From the NCBI RefSeq assembly GCF_009914755.1, contig NC_060938.1: a stretch of DNA of 64,000 nt. One strand, 5' to 3'. The stretch is from the human T2T-CHM13v2.0 reference genome, Homo sapiens. Each line of letters opens with the position of its first letter. Within the stretch, counting starts at the first letter, position 1. This document shows, in pieces, positions 42,570-60,500 of the stretch. The translations under genes and the position numbers were made by a program. Under the pieces are notes generated by a model that was not told where the DNA came from, did not search any database, and worked only from the letters and a program-made list of their open reading frames with translations.

Positions 42570-45500
42570 ATTTTATACTGTACATGAAATATCAAAGTTC
42601 TCAAACTATATATTATATACTGTACATAAAACATGAAAGTACACAAGGTATATATTCTATACTGTACATAAAATATGAAATTACATCAAATATATATTAT
42701 ATTAGGTACATAAAATATGAAAGTACATCAAACATACATTTTATTCTGTACATAAAATATCAAAGTACACCAAATAAATATTCTATACTGTACATAAAAT
42801 ATCAAAGTACCCAAACTATTCATTATATACTGTACATAAAATATGAAATTACATCAAATATATATTATATTAGGTACATAAAATATGAAAGTACATCAAA
42901 TATAGATTATATAGTGTACATAAAATACCAAAGTACCCCAAATATATATTTTATACTGTACATGAAATATCAAAGTTCACAAACTATATATTATATACTC
43001 TACATAAAATATCAAAGTACCCAATGTATGTATTCTATACTGTACAAAAAATATCAAAGTACCCAAAGCATGTATTATATACTGTACATAAAACATGAAA
43101 GTACATCAAATATATGTTTTATTCTGTACATAAAATATCAAAGTACACCAAATATATATTCTATAGTGTACATAAAATATCAAAGTACACAAACTATACA
43201 TTATATACTGTACATAAAATATGAAACTACATCAAATATATATTATATTAGGTACATAAAATATGAAAGTATATCAAATATAGATTATATACTGTACATA
43301 AAATATCACAGTACCCCAAATATATATTTTATACTGTACATGAAATATCAAAGTTCACAAACTATATATTATATACTGTACATAAAATATCAAAGTACCC
43401 AAGGTATATATTCTATACTGTACAAAAAATATCAAAGTACCCAAAACATGTATTATATGCTGTACATAAAATATGAAAGTACATCATATATATATTTTAT
43501 TCTGTACATAAAATATCAAAGTACACCAAATATATATTCTATACTGTACATAAAATATCAAAGTACCCAAACTATTCATTATATACTGTACATAAAATAT
43601 GAAATTACATCAAATATATATTATATTACGTACATAAAATATGAAAGTACATCAAATATAGATTATATACTGTACATAAAATACCAAAGTCCCCCAAATA
43701 TATATTTTATACTGTACATGAAATATCAAAGTTCTCAAACTATATATTATATACTGTACATAAAATATCAAAGTACACAAGGTATATATTCTATACTGTA
43801 CAAAAAATATCAAAGTACCCAAAGCATGTATTATATGCTGTACATAAAATATGAAAGTACATCAAATATATATTTTATTCTGTACATAAAATATCAAAGT
43901 ACACCAAATATATATTCTATACTGTACATAAAATATCAAAGTACCCAAACTATTCATTATATACTGTACATAAAATATGAAATTACATCAAATATATATT
44001 ATATTACGTACATAAAATATGAAAGTACATCAAATATAGATTATATACTGTACATAAAATACCAAACTCCCCCAAACATATATTTTATACTGTACATGAA
44101 ATATCAAAGTTCTCAAACTATATATTATATACTGTACATAAAGTATCAAAGTACACAAGGTATATATTCTATACTATACAAAAAATATCAAAGTACCCAA
44201 AGCATGTATTATATGCTGTACATAAAATATGAAAGTACATCAAATATATATTTTATTCTGTACATAAAATATCAAAGAACACCAAATATATATTCTATAG
44301 TGTACATGAAATATCAAAGTACCCAAACTATACATTATATACTGTACATAAAATATGAAATTACATCAAATATATATTATATTAGCTACATAAAATATGA
44401 AAGTACATCAAATATAGATTATATACTGTTCATAAAATACCAAAGTACCCCAAATATATATTTTATACTGTACATGAAATATCAAAGTTCACAAACTATA
44501 TATTATATACTCTACATAAAATTTCAAAGTACCCAAGGTATGTATTCTATACTGTACAAAAAATATCAAAGTACCCAAAGCATGTATTATATACTGTACA
44601 TAAAACATGAAAGTACATCAAATATATGTTTTATTCTGTACATAAAATATCAAAGAACACCAAATATATATTCTATAGTGTACATAAAATATCAAAGTAC
44701 ACAAACTATACATTATATACTGTACAAAAAATATGAAACTACATCAAATATATATTATATTAGGTACATAAAATATGAAAGTATATCAAATATAGATTAT
44801 ATACTGTACATAAAATATCACAGTACCCCAAATATATATTTTATACTGTACATGAAGTATCAAAGTTCACAAACTATATATTATATACTGTACATAAAAT
44901 ATCAAAGTAGCCAAGGTATATATTCTATACTGTACAAAAAATATCAAAGTACCCAAAACATGTATTATATGTTGTACATAAAATATGAAAGTACATCAAA
45001 TATATATTTTATTCTGTACATAAAATATCAAAGTACACCAAATATATATTCTATAGTGTACATAAAATATCAAAGTACCCAAACTATTCATTATATACTG
45101 TACATAAAATATGAAATTACATCAAATATATATTATATTACGTACATAAAATATGAAAGTACATCAAATATAGATTATATACTGTACATAAAATACCAAA
45201 GTCCCCCAAATATATATTTTATACTGTACCTGAAATATCAAAGTTCTCAAACTATATATTATATACTGTACATAAAATATCAAAGTACACAAGGTATATA
45301 TTCTATACTGTACAAAAAATATCAAAGTACCCAAAGCATCTATTATATGCTGTACATAAAATATGAAAGTACATCAAATATATATTTAATTCTGTACATA
45401 AAATATCAAAGTACACCAAATATATATTCTATAGTGTACATGAAATATCAAAGTACCCAAACTATTCATTATATACTGTACATAAAATATGAAACTACAT

Positions 45501-48500
45501 CAAATATATATTATATTAGGTACATAAAATATGAAAGTATATCAAATATAGATTATATACTGTACATAAAATATCACAGTACCCCAAATATATATTTTAT
45601 ACTGTACATGAAGTATCAAAGTTCACAAACTATATATTATATACTGTACATAAAATATCAAAGTAGCCAAGGTATATATTCTATACTGTACAAAAAATAT
45701 CAAAGTACCCAAAACATGTATTATATGCTGTACATAAAATATGAAAGTACATCAAATATATATTTTATTCTGTACATAAAATATCAAAGTACACCAAATA
45801 TATATTCTATAGTGTACATGAAATATCAAAGTACCCAAACTATTCATTATATACTGTACATAAAATATGAAATTACATCAAATATATATTATATTACGTA
45901 CATAAAATATGAAACTACATCAAATATAGATTATATACTGTACATAAAATACCAAAGTACCCCAAATATATATTTTATACTGTACATGAAATATCAAAGT
46001 TCTCAAACTATATATTATATACTGTACATAAAATATCAAAGTACACAAGGTATATATTCTATACTGTACAAAAAATATCAAAGTACCCAAAGCATGTATT
46101 ATATGCTGTACATAAAATATGAAAGTACATCAAATATATATTTTATTCTGTACATAAAATATCAAAGTACACCAAATATATATTCTATAGTGTACATGAA
46201 ATATCAAAGTACCCAAACTATTCATTATATACTGTACATAAAATATGAAATTACATCAAATATATATTATATTACGTACATAAAATATGAAAGTACATCA
46301 AATATAGATTATATACTGTACATAAAATACCAAAGTACCCCAAATATATATTTTATACTGTACATGAAATATCAAAGTTCACAAACTATATATTATATAC
46401 TCTACATAAAATATCAAAGTACCCAAGGTATGTATTCTATACTGTACAAAAAATATCAAAGTACCCAAAGCATGTATTATATACTGTACATAAAACATGA
46501 AAGTACATCAAATATATGTTTTATTCTGTACATAAAATATCAAAGTACACCAAATATATATTCTATAGTGTACATAAAATATCAAGGTACACAAACTATA
46601 CATTATATACTGTACATAAAATATGAAACTACATCAAATATATATTATATTAGGTACATAAAATATGAAAGTATATCAAATATAGATTATATACTGTACA
46701 TAAAATATCACAGTACCCCAAATATATATTTTATACTGTACATGAAATATCAGAGTTCACAAACTATATATTATATACTGTACATAAAATATCAAAGTAC
46801 CCAAGGTATATATTCTATACTGTACAAAAAATATCAAAGTACCCAAAACATGTATTATATGCCGTACATAAAACATGAAATTACATCAAATATATATTTT
46901 ATTCTGTACATAAAATATCAAAGTACACCAAATATATATTCTATACTGTACATAAAATATCAAAGTACCCAAACTATTCATTATATACTGTACATAAAAT
47001 ATGAAATTACATCAAATATATATTATATTACGTACATAAAATATGAAAGTACATCAAATATAGATTATATACTGTACATAAAATATCAAAGTCCCCCAAA
47101 TATATATTTTATACTGTACATGAAATATCAAAGTTCTCAAACTATATATTATATACTGTACATAAAATATCAAAGTACACAAGGTATATATTCTATACTG
47201 TAAAAAAATATCAAAGTACCCAAAGCATGTATTATATGCTGTACATAAAATATGAAAGTACATCAAATATATATTATATTACGTACATAAAATATGACAG
47301 TACATCAAATATAGATTATATACTGTACATAAAATACCAAAGTCCCCCAAATATATATTTTATACTCTACATGAAATATCAAAGTTCACAAACTATATAT
47401 TATATACTGTACATAAAATATCAAAGTACACAACGTATATATTCTATACTGTACAAAAAATATCAAAGTACCCAAAGCATGTATTATATGCTGTACATAA
47501 AATATGAAAGTACATCAAACATATATTTTATTCTGTACATAAAATATCAAAGTACACCAAATATATATTCTATACTGTACATAAAATATCAAAGTACCCA
47601 AACTATTCATTATATACTGTACATAAAATATGAAATTACATCAAATATATATTATATTAGGTACATAAAATATGAAAGTACATCAAATATAGATTATATA
47701 CTGTACATAAAATACCAAAGTACCCCAAATATATATTTTATACTGTACATGAAATATCAAAGTTCACAAACTATATATTATATACTCTACATAAAATATC
47801 AAAGTACCCAAGGTATGTATTCTATACTGTACAAAAAATATCAAAGTACCCAAAGCATGTATTATATACTGTACATAAAACATGAAAGTACATCAAATAT
47901 ATGTTTTATTCTGTACATAAAATATCAAAGTACACCAAATATATATTCTATAGTGTACATAAAATATCAAAGTACACAAACTATACATTATATACTGCAC
48001 ATAAAATATGAAACTACATCAAATATATATTATATTAGGTACATAAAATATGAAAGTATATCAAATATAGATTATATACTGTACATAAAATATCAAAGTA
48101 CCCCAAATATATATTTTATACTGTACATGAAATATCAAAGTTCACAAACTATATATTATATACTGTACATAAAATATCAAAGTACCCAAGGTATATATTC
48201 TATACTGTACAAAAAATATCAAAGTACCCAAAACATGTATTATATGCTGTACATAAAATATGAAAGTACATCAAATATATATTTTATTCTGTACATAAAA
48301 TATCAAAGTACACCAAATATATATTCTATACTGTACATAAAATATCAAAGTACCCAAACTATTCATTATATACTGTACATAAAATATGAAATTACATCAA
48401 ATATATATTATATTAGGTACATAAAATATGAAAGTACATCAAATATAGATTATATACTGTACATAAAATACCAAAGTACCCCAAATATATATTTTATACT

Positions 48501-51500
48501 GTACATGAAATATCAAAGTTCACAAACTATATATTATATACTCTACATAAAATATCAAAGTACCCAAGGTATGTATTCTATACTGTACAAAAAATATCAA
48601 AGTACCCAAAGCATGTATTATATACTGTACATAAAACATGAAAGTACGTCAAATATATGTTTTATTCTGTACATAAAATATCAAAGTACACCAAATATAT
48701 ATTCTATAGTGTACATAAAATATCAAGGTACACAAACTATACATTACTGTACATAAAATATGAAACTACATCAAATATATATTATATTAGGTACATAAAA
48801 TATGAAAGTATATCAAATATAGATTATATACTGTACATAAAATATCACAGTACCCCAAATATATATTTTATACTGTACATGAAATATCAAAGTTCACAAA
48901 CTATATATAATATACTCTACATAAAATATCAAAGTACCCAAGGTACATATTCTATACTGTACAAAAAATATCAAAGTACCCAAAACATGTATTATATGCT
49001 GTACATAAAATATGAAAGTACATCAAATATATATTTTATTCTGTACATAAAATATCAAAGTACACCAAATATATATTCTATAGTGTACATGAAATATCAA
49101 AGTACCCAAACTGTACATTATATACTGTACATAAAATATGAAATTACATCAAATATATATAATATTAGGTACATAAAATATGAAAGTACATCAAATATAG
49201 ATTATATACTGTACATAAAATACCAAAGTACCCCAAATATATATTTATACTGTACATGAAATATCAAAGTTCACAAACTATATATTATATACTCTACATA
49301 AAATATCAAAGTACCCAAGGTATGTATTCTATACTGTACAAAAAATATCAAAGTACCCAAAGCATGTATTATATACTGTACATAAAACATGAAAGTACAT
49401 CAAATATATGTTTTATTCTGTACATAAAATATCAAAGTACACCAAATATATATTCTATAGTGTACATAAAATATCAAAGTACACAAACTATACATTATAT
49501 ACTGTACATAAAATATGAAACTACATCAAATATATATTATATTAGGTACATAAAATATGAAAGTATATCAAATATAGATTATATACTGTACATAAAATAT
49601 CACAGTACCCCAAATATATATTTTATACTGTACATGAAATATCAAAGTTCACAAACTATATATTATATACTGTACATAAAATATCAAAGTACCCAAGGTA
49701 TATATTCTATACTGTACAAAAAATATCAAAGTACCCAAAGCATGTATTATATGCTGTACATAAAATATGAAAGTACATCAAATATATATTTTATTCTGTA
49801 CATAAAATATCAAAGTACACCAAATATATATTCTATACTGTACATAAAATATCAAAGTACCCAAACTATACATTATATACTGTACATAAAATATGAAATT
49901 ACATCAAATATATATTATATTAGGTACATAAAATATGAAAGTACATCAAATATAGATTATATACTGTACATAAAATACCAAAGTACCCCAAATATATATT
50001 TTATACTGTACATGAAATATCAAAGTTCACAAACTATATATTATATACTCTACATAAAATATCAAAGTACCCAAGGTATGTATTCTATACTGTACAAAAA
50101 ATATCAAAGTACCCAAAACATGTATTATATGCTGTAGATAAAATATGAAAGTACATCAAATATATATTTTATTCTGTACATAAAATATCAAAGTACACCA
50201 AATATATATTCTATACTGTACATAAAATATCAAAGTACCCAAACTATTCATTATATACTGTACATAAAATATGAAATTACATCAAACATATATTATATTA
50301 GGTACATAAAATATGAAAGTAGATCAAATATAGATTATATACTGTACATAAAATACCAAAGTCCCCGAAATATATATTTTATACTGTACATGAAATATCA
50401 AAGTTCTCAAACTATATATTATATACTGTACATAAAATATCAAAGTACACAAGGTATATATTCTATACTGTACATAAAATATGAAATTACATCAAATATA
50501 TATTATATTAGGTACATAAAATATGAAAGTACATCAAACATATATTTTATTCTGTACATAAAATATCAAAGTACACCAAATATATATTCTATACTGTACA
50601 TAAAATATCAAAGTACCCAAACTATTCATTATATACTGTACATAAAATATGAAATTACATCAAATATATATTATATTAGGTACATAAAATATGAAAGTAC
50701 ATCAAATATAGATTATATACTGTACATAAAATACCAAATTACCCCAAATATATATTTTATACTGTACATGAAATATCAAAGTTCACAAACTATATATTAT
50801 ATACTCTACATAAAATATCAAAGTACCCAAGGTATGTATTCTATACTGTACAAAAAATATCAAAGTACCCAAAGCATGTATTATATACTGTACATAAAAC
50901 ATGAAAGTACATCAAATATATGTTTTATTCTGTACATAAAATATCAAAGTACACCAAATATATATTCTATAGTGTACATAAAATATCAAAGTACACAAAC
51001 TATACATTATATACTGTACATAAAATATGAAACTACATCAAATATATATTATATTAGGTACATAAAATATGAAAGTATATCAAATATAGATTATATACTG
51101 TACATAAAATATCACAGTACCCCAAATATATATTTTATACTGTACATGAAATATCAAAGTTCACAAACTATATATTATATACTGTACATAAAATATCAAA
51201 GTACCCAAGGTATATATTCTATACTGTACAAAAAATATCAAAGTACCCAAAACATGTATTATATGCTGTACATAAAATATGAAAGTACATCATATATATA
51301 TTTTATTCTGTACATAAAATATCAAAGTACACCAAATATATATTCTATACTGTACATAAAATATCAAAGTACCCAAACTATTCATTATATACTGTACATA
51401 AAATATGAAATTACATCAAATATATATTATATTACGTACATAAAATATGAAAGTACATCAAATATAGATTATATACTGTACATAAAATACCAAAGTCCCC

Positions 51501-54500
51501 CAAATATATATTTTATACTGTACATGAAATATCAAAGTTCTCAAACTATATATTATATACTGTACATAAAATATCAAAGTACACAAGGTATATATTCTAT
51601 ACTGTACAAAAAATATCAAAGTACCCAAAGCATGTATTATATGCTGTACATAAAATATGAAAGTACATCAAATATATATTTTATTCTGTACATAAAATAT
51701 CAAAGTACACCAAATATATATTCTATACTGTACATAAAATATCAAAGTACCCAAACTATTCATTATATACTGTACATAAAATATGAAATTACATCAAATA
51801 TATATTATATTACGTACATAAAATATGAAAGTACATCAAATATAGATTATATACTGTACATAAAATACCAAACTCCCCCAAACATATATTTTATACTGTA
51901 CATGAAATATCAAAGTTCTCAAACTATATATTATATACTGTACATAAAGTATCAAAGTACACAAGGTATATATTCTATACTATACAAAAAATATCAAAGT
52001 ACCCAAAGCATGTATTATATGCTGTACATAAAATATGAAAGTACATCAAATATATATTTTATTCTGTACATAAAATATCAAAGAACACCAAATATATATT
52101 CTATAGTGTACATGAAATATCAAAGTACCCAAACTATACATTATATACTGTACATAAAATATGAAATTACATCAAATATATATTATATTAGCTACATAAA
52201 ATATGAAAGTACATCAAATATAGATTATATACTGTTCATAAAATACCAAAGTACCCCAAATATATATTTTATACTGTACATGAAATATCAAAGTTCACAA
52301 ACTATATATTATATACTCTACATAAAATTTCAAAGTACCCAAGGTATGTATTCTATACTGTACAAAAAATATCAAAGTACCCAAAGCATGTATTATATAC
52401 TGTACATAAAACATGAAAGTACATCAAATATATGTTTTATTCTGTACATAAAATATCAAAGAACACCAAATATATATTCTATAGTGTACATAAAATATCA
52501 AAGTACACAAACTATACATTATATACTGTACAAAAAATATGAAACTACATCAAATATATATTATATTAGGTACATAAAATATGAAAGTATATCAAATATA
52601 GATTATATACTGTACATAAAATATCACAGTACCCCAAATATATATTTTATACTGTACATGAAGTATCAAAGTTCACAAACTATATATTATATACTGTACA
52701 TAAAATATCAAAGTAGCCAAGGTATATATTCTATACTGTACAAAAAATATCAAAGTACCCAAAACATGTATTATATGTTGTACATAAAATATGAAAGTAC
52801 ATCAAATATATATTTTATTCTGTACATAAAATATCAAAGTACACCAAATATATATTCTATAGTGTACATAAAATATCAAAGTACCCAAACTATTCATTAT
52901 ATACTGTACATAAAATATGAAATTACATCAAATATATATTATATTACGTACATAAAATATGAAAGTACACCAAATATAGATTATATACTGTACATAAAAT
53001 ACCAAAGTCCCCCAAATATATATTTTATACTGTACCTGAAATATCAAAGTTCTCAAACTATATATTATATACTGTACATAAAATATCAAAGTACACAAGG
53101 TATATATTCTATACTGTACAAAAAATATCAAAGTACCCAAAGCATCTATTATATGCTGTACATAAAATATGAAAGTACATCAAATATATATTTAATTCTG
53201 TACATAAAATATCAAAGTACACCAAATATATATTCTATAGTGTACATGAAATATCAAAGTACCCAAACTATTCATTATATACTGTACATAAAATATGAAA
53301 TTACATCAAATATATATTATATTAGGTACATAAAATATGAAAGTATATCAAATATAGATTATATACTGTACATAAAATATCACAGTACCCCAAATATATA
53401 TTTTATACTGTACATGAAGTATCAAAGTTCACAAACTATATATTATATACTGTACATAAAATATCAAAGTAGCCAAGGTATATATTCTATACTGTACAAA
53501 AAATATCAAAGTACCCAAAACATGTATTATATGCTGTACATAAAATATGAAAGTACATCAAATATATATTTTATTCTGTACATAAAATATCAAAGTACAC
53601 CAAATATATATTCTATAGTGTACATGAAATATCAAAGTACCCAAACTATTCATTATATACTGTACATAAAATATGAAATTACATCAAATATATATTATAT
53701 TACGTACATAAAATATGAAACTACATCAAATATAGATTATATACTGTACATAAAATACCAAAGTCCCCCAAATATATATTTTATACTGTACATGAAATAT
53801 CAAAGTTCTCAAACTATATATTATATACTGTACATAAAATATCAAAGTACACAAGGTATATATTCTATACTGTACAAAAAATATCAAAGTACCCAAAGCA
53901 TGTATTATATGCTGTACATAAAATATGAAAGTACATCAAATATATATTTTATTCTGTACATAAAATATCAAAGTACACCAAATATATATTCTATAGTGTA
54001 CATGAAATATCAAAGTACCCAAACTATTCATTATATACTGTACATAAAATATGAAATTACATCAAATATATATTATATTACGTACATAAAATATGAAAGT
54101 ACATCAAATATAGATTATATACTGTACATAAAATACCAAAGTACCCCAAATATATATTTTATACTGTACATGAAATATCAAAGTTCACAAACTATATATT
54201 ATATACTCTACATAAAATATCAAAGTACCCAAGGTATGTATTCTATACTGTACAAAAAATATCAAAGTACCCAAAGCATGTATTATATACTGTACATAAA
54301 ACATGAAAGTACATCAAATATATGTTTTATTCTGTACATAAAATATCAAAGTACACCAAATATATATTCTATAGTGTACATAAAATATCAAGGTACACAA
54401 ACTATACATTATATACTGTACATAAAATATGAAACTACATCAAATATATATTATATTAGGTACATAAAATATGAAAGTATATCAAATATAGATTATATAC

Positions 54501-57500
54501 TGTACATAAAATATCACAGTACCCCAAATATATATTTTATACTGTACATGAAATATCAAAGTTCACAAACTATATATTATATACTGTACATAAAATATCA
54601 AAGTACCCAAGGTATATATTCTATACTGTACAAAAAATATCAAAGTACCCAAAACATGTATTATATGCCGTACATAAAACATGAAATTACATCAAATATA
54701 TATTTTATTCTGTACATAAAATATCAAAGTACACCAAATATATATTCTATACTGTACATAAAATATCAAAGTACCCAAACTATTCATTATATACTGTACA
54801 TAAAATATGAAATTACATCAAATATATATTATATTACGTACATAAAATATGAAAGTACATCAAATATAGATTATATACTGTACATAAAATATCAAAGTCC
54901 CCCAAATATATATTTTATACTGTACATGAAATATCAAAGTTCTCAAACTATATATTATATACTGTACATAAAATATCAAAGTACACAAGGTATATATTCT
55001 ATACTGTAAAAAAATATCAAAGTACCCAAAGCATGTATTATATGCTGTACATAAAATATGAAAGTACATCAAATATATATTATATTACGTACATAAAATA
55101 TGACAGTACATCAAATATAGATTATATACTGTACATAAAATACCAAAGTCCCCCAAATATATATTTTATACTGTACATGAAATATCAAAGTTCACAAACT
55201 ATATATTATATACTGTACATAAAATATCAAAGTACACAACGTATATATTCTATACTGTACAAAAAATATCAAAGTACCCAAAGCATGTATTATATGCTGT
55301 ACATAAAATATGAAAGTACATCAAACATATATTTTATTCTGTACATAAAATATCAAAGTACACCAAATATATATTCTATACTGTACATAAAATATCAAAG
55401 TACCCAAACTATTCATTATATACTGTACATAAAATATGAAATTACATCAAATATATATTATATTAGGTACATAAAATATGAAAGTACATCAAATATAGAT
55501 TATATACTGTACATAAAATACCAAAGTACCCCAAATATATATTTTATACTGTACATGAAATATCAAAGTTCACAAACTATATATTATATACTCTACATAA
55601 AATATCAAAGTACCCAAGGTATGTATTCTATACTGTACAAAAAATATCAAAGTACCCAAAGCATGTATTATATACTGTACATAAAACATGAAAGTACATC
55701 AAATATATGTTTTATTCTGTACATAAAATATCAAAGTACACCAAATATATATTCTATAGTGTACATAAAATATCAAAGTACACAAACTATACATTATATA
55801 CTGCACATAAAATATGAAACTACATCAAATATATATTATATTAGGTACATAAAATATGAAAGTATATCAAATATAGATTATATACTGTACATAAAATATC
55901 AAAGTACCCCAAATATATATTTTATACTGTACATGAAATATCAAAGTTCACAAACTATATATTATATACTGTACATAAAATATCAAAGTACCCAAGGTAT
56001 ATATTCTATACTGTACAAAAAATATCAAAGTACCCAAAACATGTATTATATGCTGTACATAAAATATGAAAGTACATCAAATATATATTTTATTCTGTAC
56101 ATAAAATATCAAAGTACACCAAATATATATTCTATACTGTACATAAAATATCAAAGTACCCAAACTATTCATTATATACTGTACATAAAATATGAAATTA
56201 CATCAAATATATATTATATTAGGTACATAAAATATGAAAGTACATCAAATATAGATTATATACTGTACATAAAATACCAAAGTACCCCAAATATATATTT
56301 TATACTGTACATGAAATATCAAAGTTCACAAACTATATATTATATACTCTACATAAAATATCAAAGTACCCAAGGTATGTATTCTATACTGTACAAAAAA
56401 TATCAAAGTACCCAAAGCATGTATTATATACTGTACATAAAACATGAAAGTACGTCAAATATATGTTTTATTCTGTACATAAAATATCAAAGTACACCAA
56501 ATATATATTCTATAGTGTACATAAAATATCAAGGTACACAAACTATACATTACTGTACATAAAATATGAAACTACATCAAATATATATTATATTAGGTAC
56601 ATAAAATATGAAAGTATATCAAATATAGATTATATACTGTACATAAAATATCACAGTACCCCAAATATATATTTTATACTGTACATGAAATATCAAAGTT
56701 CACAAACTATATATAATATACTGTACATAAAATATCAAAGTACCCAAGGTACATATTCTATACTGTACAAAAAATATCAAAGTACCCAAAACATGTATTA
56801 TATGCTGTACATAAAATATGAAAGTACATCAAATATATATTTTATTCTGTACATAAAATATCAAAGTACACCAAATATATATTCTATAGTGTACATGAAA
56901 TATCAAAGTACCCAAACTGTACATTATATACTGTACATAAAATATGAAATTACATCAAATATATATAATATTAGGTACATAAAATATGAAAGTACATCAA
57001 ATATAGATTATATACTGTACATAAAATACCAAAGTACCCCAAATATATATTTATACTGTACATGAAATATCAAAGTTCACAAACTATATATTATATACTC
57101 TACATAAAATATCAAAGTACCCAAGGTATGTATTCTATACTGTACAAAAAATATCAAAGTACCCAAAACATGTATTATATGCTGTAGATAAAATATGAAA
57201 GTACATCAAATATATATTTTATTCTGTACATAAAATATCAAAGTACACCAAATATATATTCTATACTGTACATAAAATATCAAAGTACCCAAACTATTCA
57301 TTATATACTGTACATAAAATATGAAATTACATCAAACATATATTATATTAGGTACATAAAATATGAAAGTAGATCAAATATAGATTATATACTGTACATA
57401 AAATACCAAAGTCCCCGAAATATATATTTTATACTGTACATGAAATATCAAAGTTCTCAAACTATATATTATATACTGTACATAAAATATCAAAGTACAC

Positions 57501-60500
57501 AAGGTATATATTCTATACTGTACATAAAATATGAAATTACATCAAATATATATTATATTAGGTACATAAAATATGAAAGTACATCAAACATATATTTTAT
57601 TCTGTACATAAAATATCAAAGTACACCAAATATATATTCTATACTGTACATAAAATATCAAAGTACCCAAACTATTCATTATATACTGTACATAAAATAT
57701 GAAATTACATCAAATATATATTATATTAGGTACATAAAATATGAAAGTACATCAAATATAGATTATATACTGTACATAAAATACCAAATTACCCCAAATA
57801 TATATTTTATACTGTACATGAAATATCAAAGTTCACAAACTATATATTATATACTCTACATAAAATATCAAAGTACCCAAGGTATGTATTCTATACTGTA
57901 CAAAAAATATCAAAGTACCCAAAGCATGTATTATATACTGTACATAAAACATGAAAGTACATCAAATATATGTTTTATTCTGTACATAAAATATCAAAGT
58001 ACACCAAATATATATTCTATAGTGTACATAAAATATCAAAGTACACAAACTATACATTATATACTGTACATAAAATATGAAACTACATCAAATATATATT
58101 ATATTAGGTACATAAAATATGAAAGTATATCAAATATAGATTATATACTGTACATAAAATATCACAGTACCCCAAATATATATTTTATACTGTACATGAA
58201 ATATCAAAGTTCACAAACTATATATTATATACTGTACATAAAATATCAAAGTACCCAAGGTATATATTCTATACTGTACAAAAAATATCAAAGTACCCAA
58301 AACATGTATTATATGCTGTACATAAAATATGAAAGTACATCAAATATATATTTTATTCTGTACATAAAATATCAAAGTACACCAAATATATATTCTATAG
58401 TGTACATGAAATATCAAAGTACCCAAACTATTCATTATATACTGTACATAAAATATGAAATTACATCAAATATATATTATATTACGTACATAAAATATGA
58501 AACTACATCAAATATAGATTATATACTGTACATAAAATACCAAAGTCCCCCAAATATATATTTTATACTGTACATGAAATATCAAAGTTCTCAAACTATA
58601 TATTATATACTGTACATAAAATATCAAAGTACACAAGGTATATATTCTATACTGTACAAAAAATATCAAAGTACCCAAAGCATGTATTATATGCTGTACA
58701 TAAAATATGAAAGTACATCAAATATATATTTTATTCTGTACATAAAATATCAAAGTACACCAAATATATATTCTATACTGTACATGAAATATCAAAGTAC
58801 CCAAACTATTCATTATATACTGTACATAAAATATGAAATTACATCAAATATATATTATATTACGTACATAAAATATGAAAGTACATCAAATATAGATTAT
58901 ATACTGTACATAAAATACCAAAGTACCCCAAATATATATTTTATACTGTACATGAAATATCAAAGTTCACAAACTATATATTATATACTCTACATAAAAT
59001 ATCAAAGTACCCAAGGTATGTATTCTATACTGTACAAAAAATATCAAAGTACCCAAAGCATGTATTATATACTGTACATAAAACATGAAAGTACATCAAA
59101 TATATGTTTTATTCTGTACATAAAATATCAAAGTACACCAAATATATATTCTATAGTGTACATAAAATATCAAGGTACACAAACTATACATTATATACTG
59201 TACATAAAATATGAAACTACATCAAATATATATTATATTAGGTACATAAAATATGAAAGTATATCAAATATAGATTATATACTGTACATAAAATATCACA
59301 GTACCCCAAATATATATTTTATACTGTACATGAAATATCAAAGTTCACAAACTATATATTATATACTGTACATAAAATATCAAAGTACCCAAGGTATATA
59401 TTCTATACTGTACAAAAAATATCAAAGTACCCAAAACATGTATTATATGCCGTACATAAAACATGAAATTACATCAAATATATATTTTATTCTGTACATA
59501 AAATATCAAAGTACACCAAATATATATTCTATACTGTACATAAAATATCAAAGTACCCAAACTATTCATTATATACTGTACATAAAATATGAAATTACAT
59601 CAAATATATATTATATTACGTACATAAAATATGAAAGTACATCAAATATAGATTATATACTGTACATAAAATATCAAAGTCCCCCAAATATATATTTTAT
59701 ACTGTACATGAAATATCAAAGTTCTCAAACTATATATTATATACTGTACATAAAATATCAAAGTACACAAGGTATATATTCTATACTGTAAAAAAATATC
59801 AAAGTACCCAAAGCATGTATTATATGCTGTACATAAAATATGAAAGTACATCAAATATATATTATATTACGTACATAAAATATGACAGTACATCAAATAT
59901 AGATTATATACTGTACATAAAATACCAAAGTCCCCCAAATATATATTTTATACTGTACATGAAATATCAAAGTTCACAAACTATATATTATATACTGTAC
60001 ATAAAATATCAAAGTACACAACGTATATATTCTATACTGTACAAAAAATATCAAAGTACCCAAAGCATGTATTATATGCTGTACATAAAATATGAAAGTA
60101 CATCAAACATATATTTTATTCTGTACATAAAATATCAAAGTACACCAAATATATATTCTATACTGTACATAAAATATCAAAGTACCCAAACTATTCATTA
60201 TATACTGTACATAAAATATGAAATTACATCAAATATATATTATATTAGGTACATAAAATATGAAAGTACATCAAATATAGATTATATACTGTACATAAAA
60301 TACCAAAGTACCCCAAATATATATTTTATACTGTACATGAAATATCAAAGTTCACAAACTATATATTATATACTCTACATAAAATATCAAAGTACCCAAG
60401 GTATGTATTCTATACTGTACAAAAAATATCAAAGTACCCAAAGCATGTATTATATACTGTACATAAAACATGAAAGTACATCAAATATATGTTTTATTCT

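Noticed and set aside
41828-47203. 1791-aa ORF (and the 1409, 1539, 895, 783, 572 and 509 aa ORFs) as real tandem-repeat protein genes
   Set aside because: They are pure satellite. The ORFs start and stop at arbitrary point mutations or indels inside a continuous array. There is no unique N- or C-terminal domain, and DNA identity between units is near complete with no sign of synonymous-site bias.
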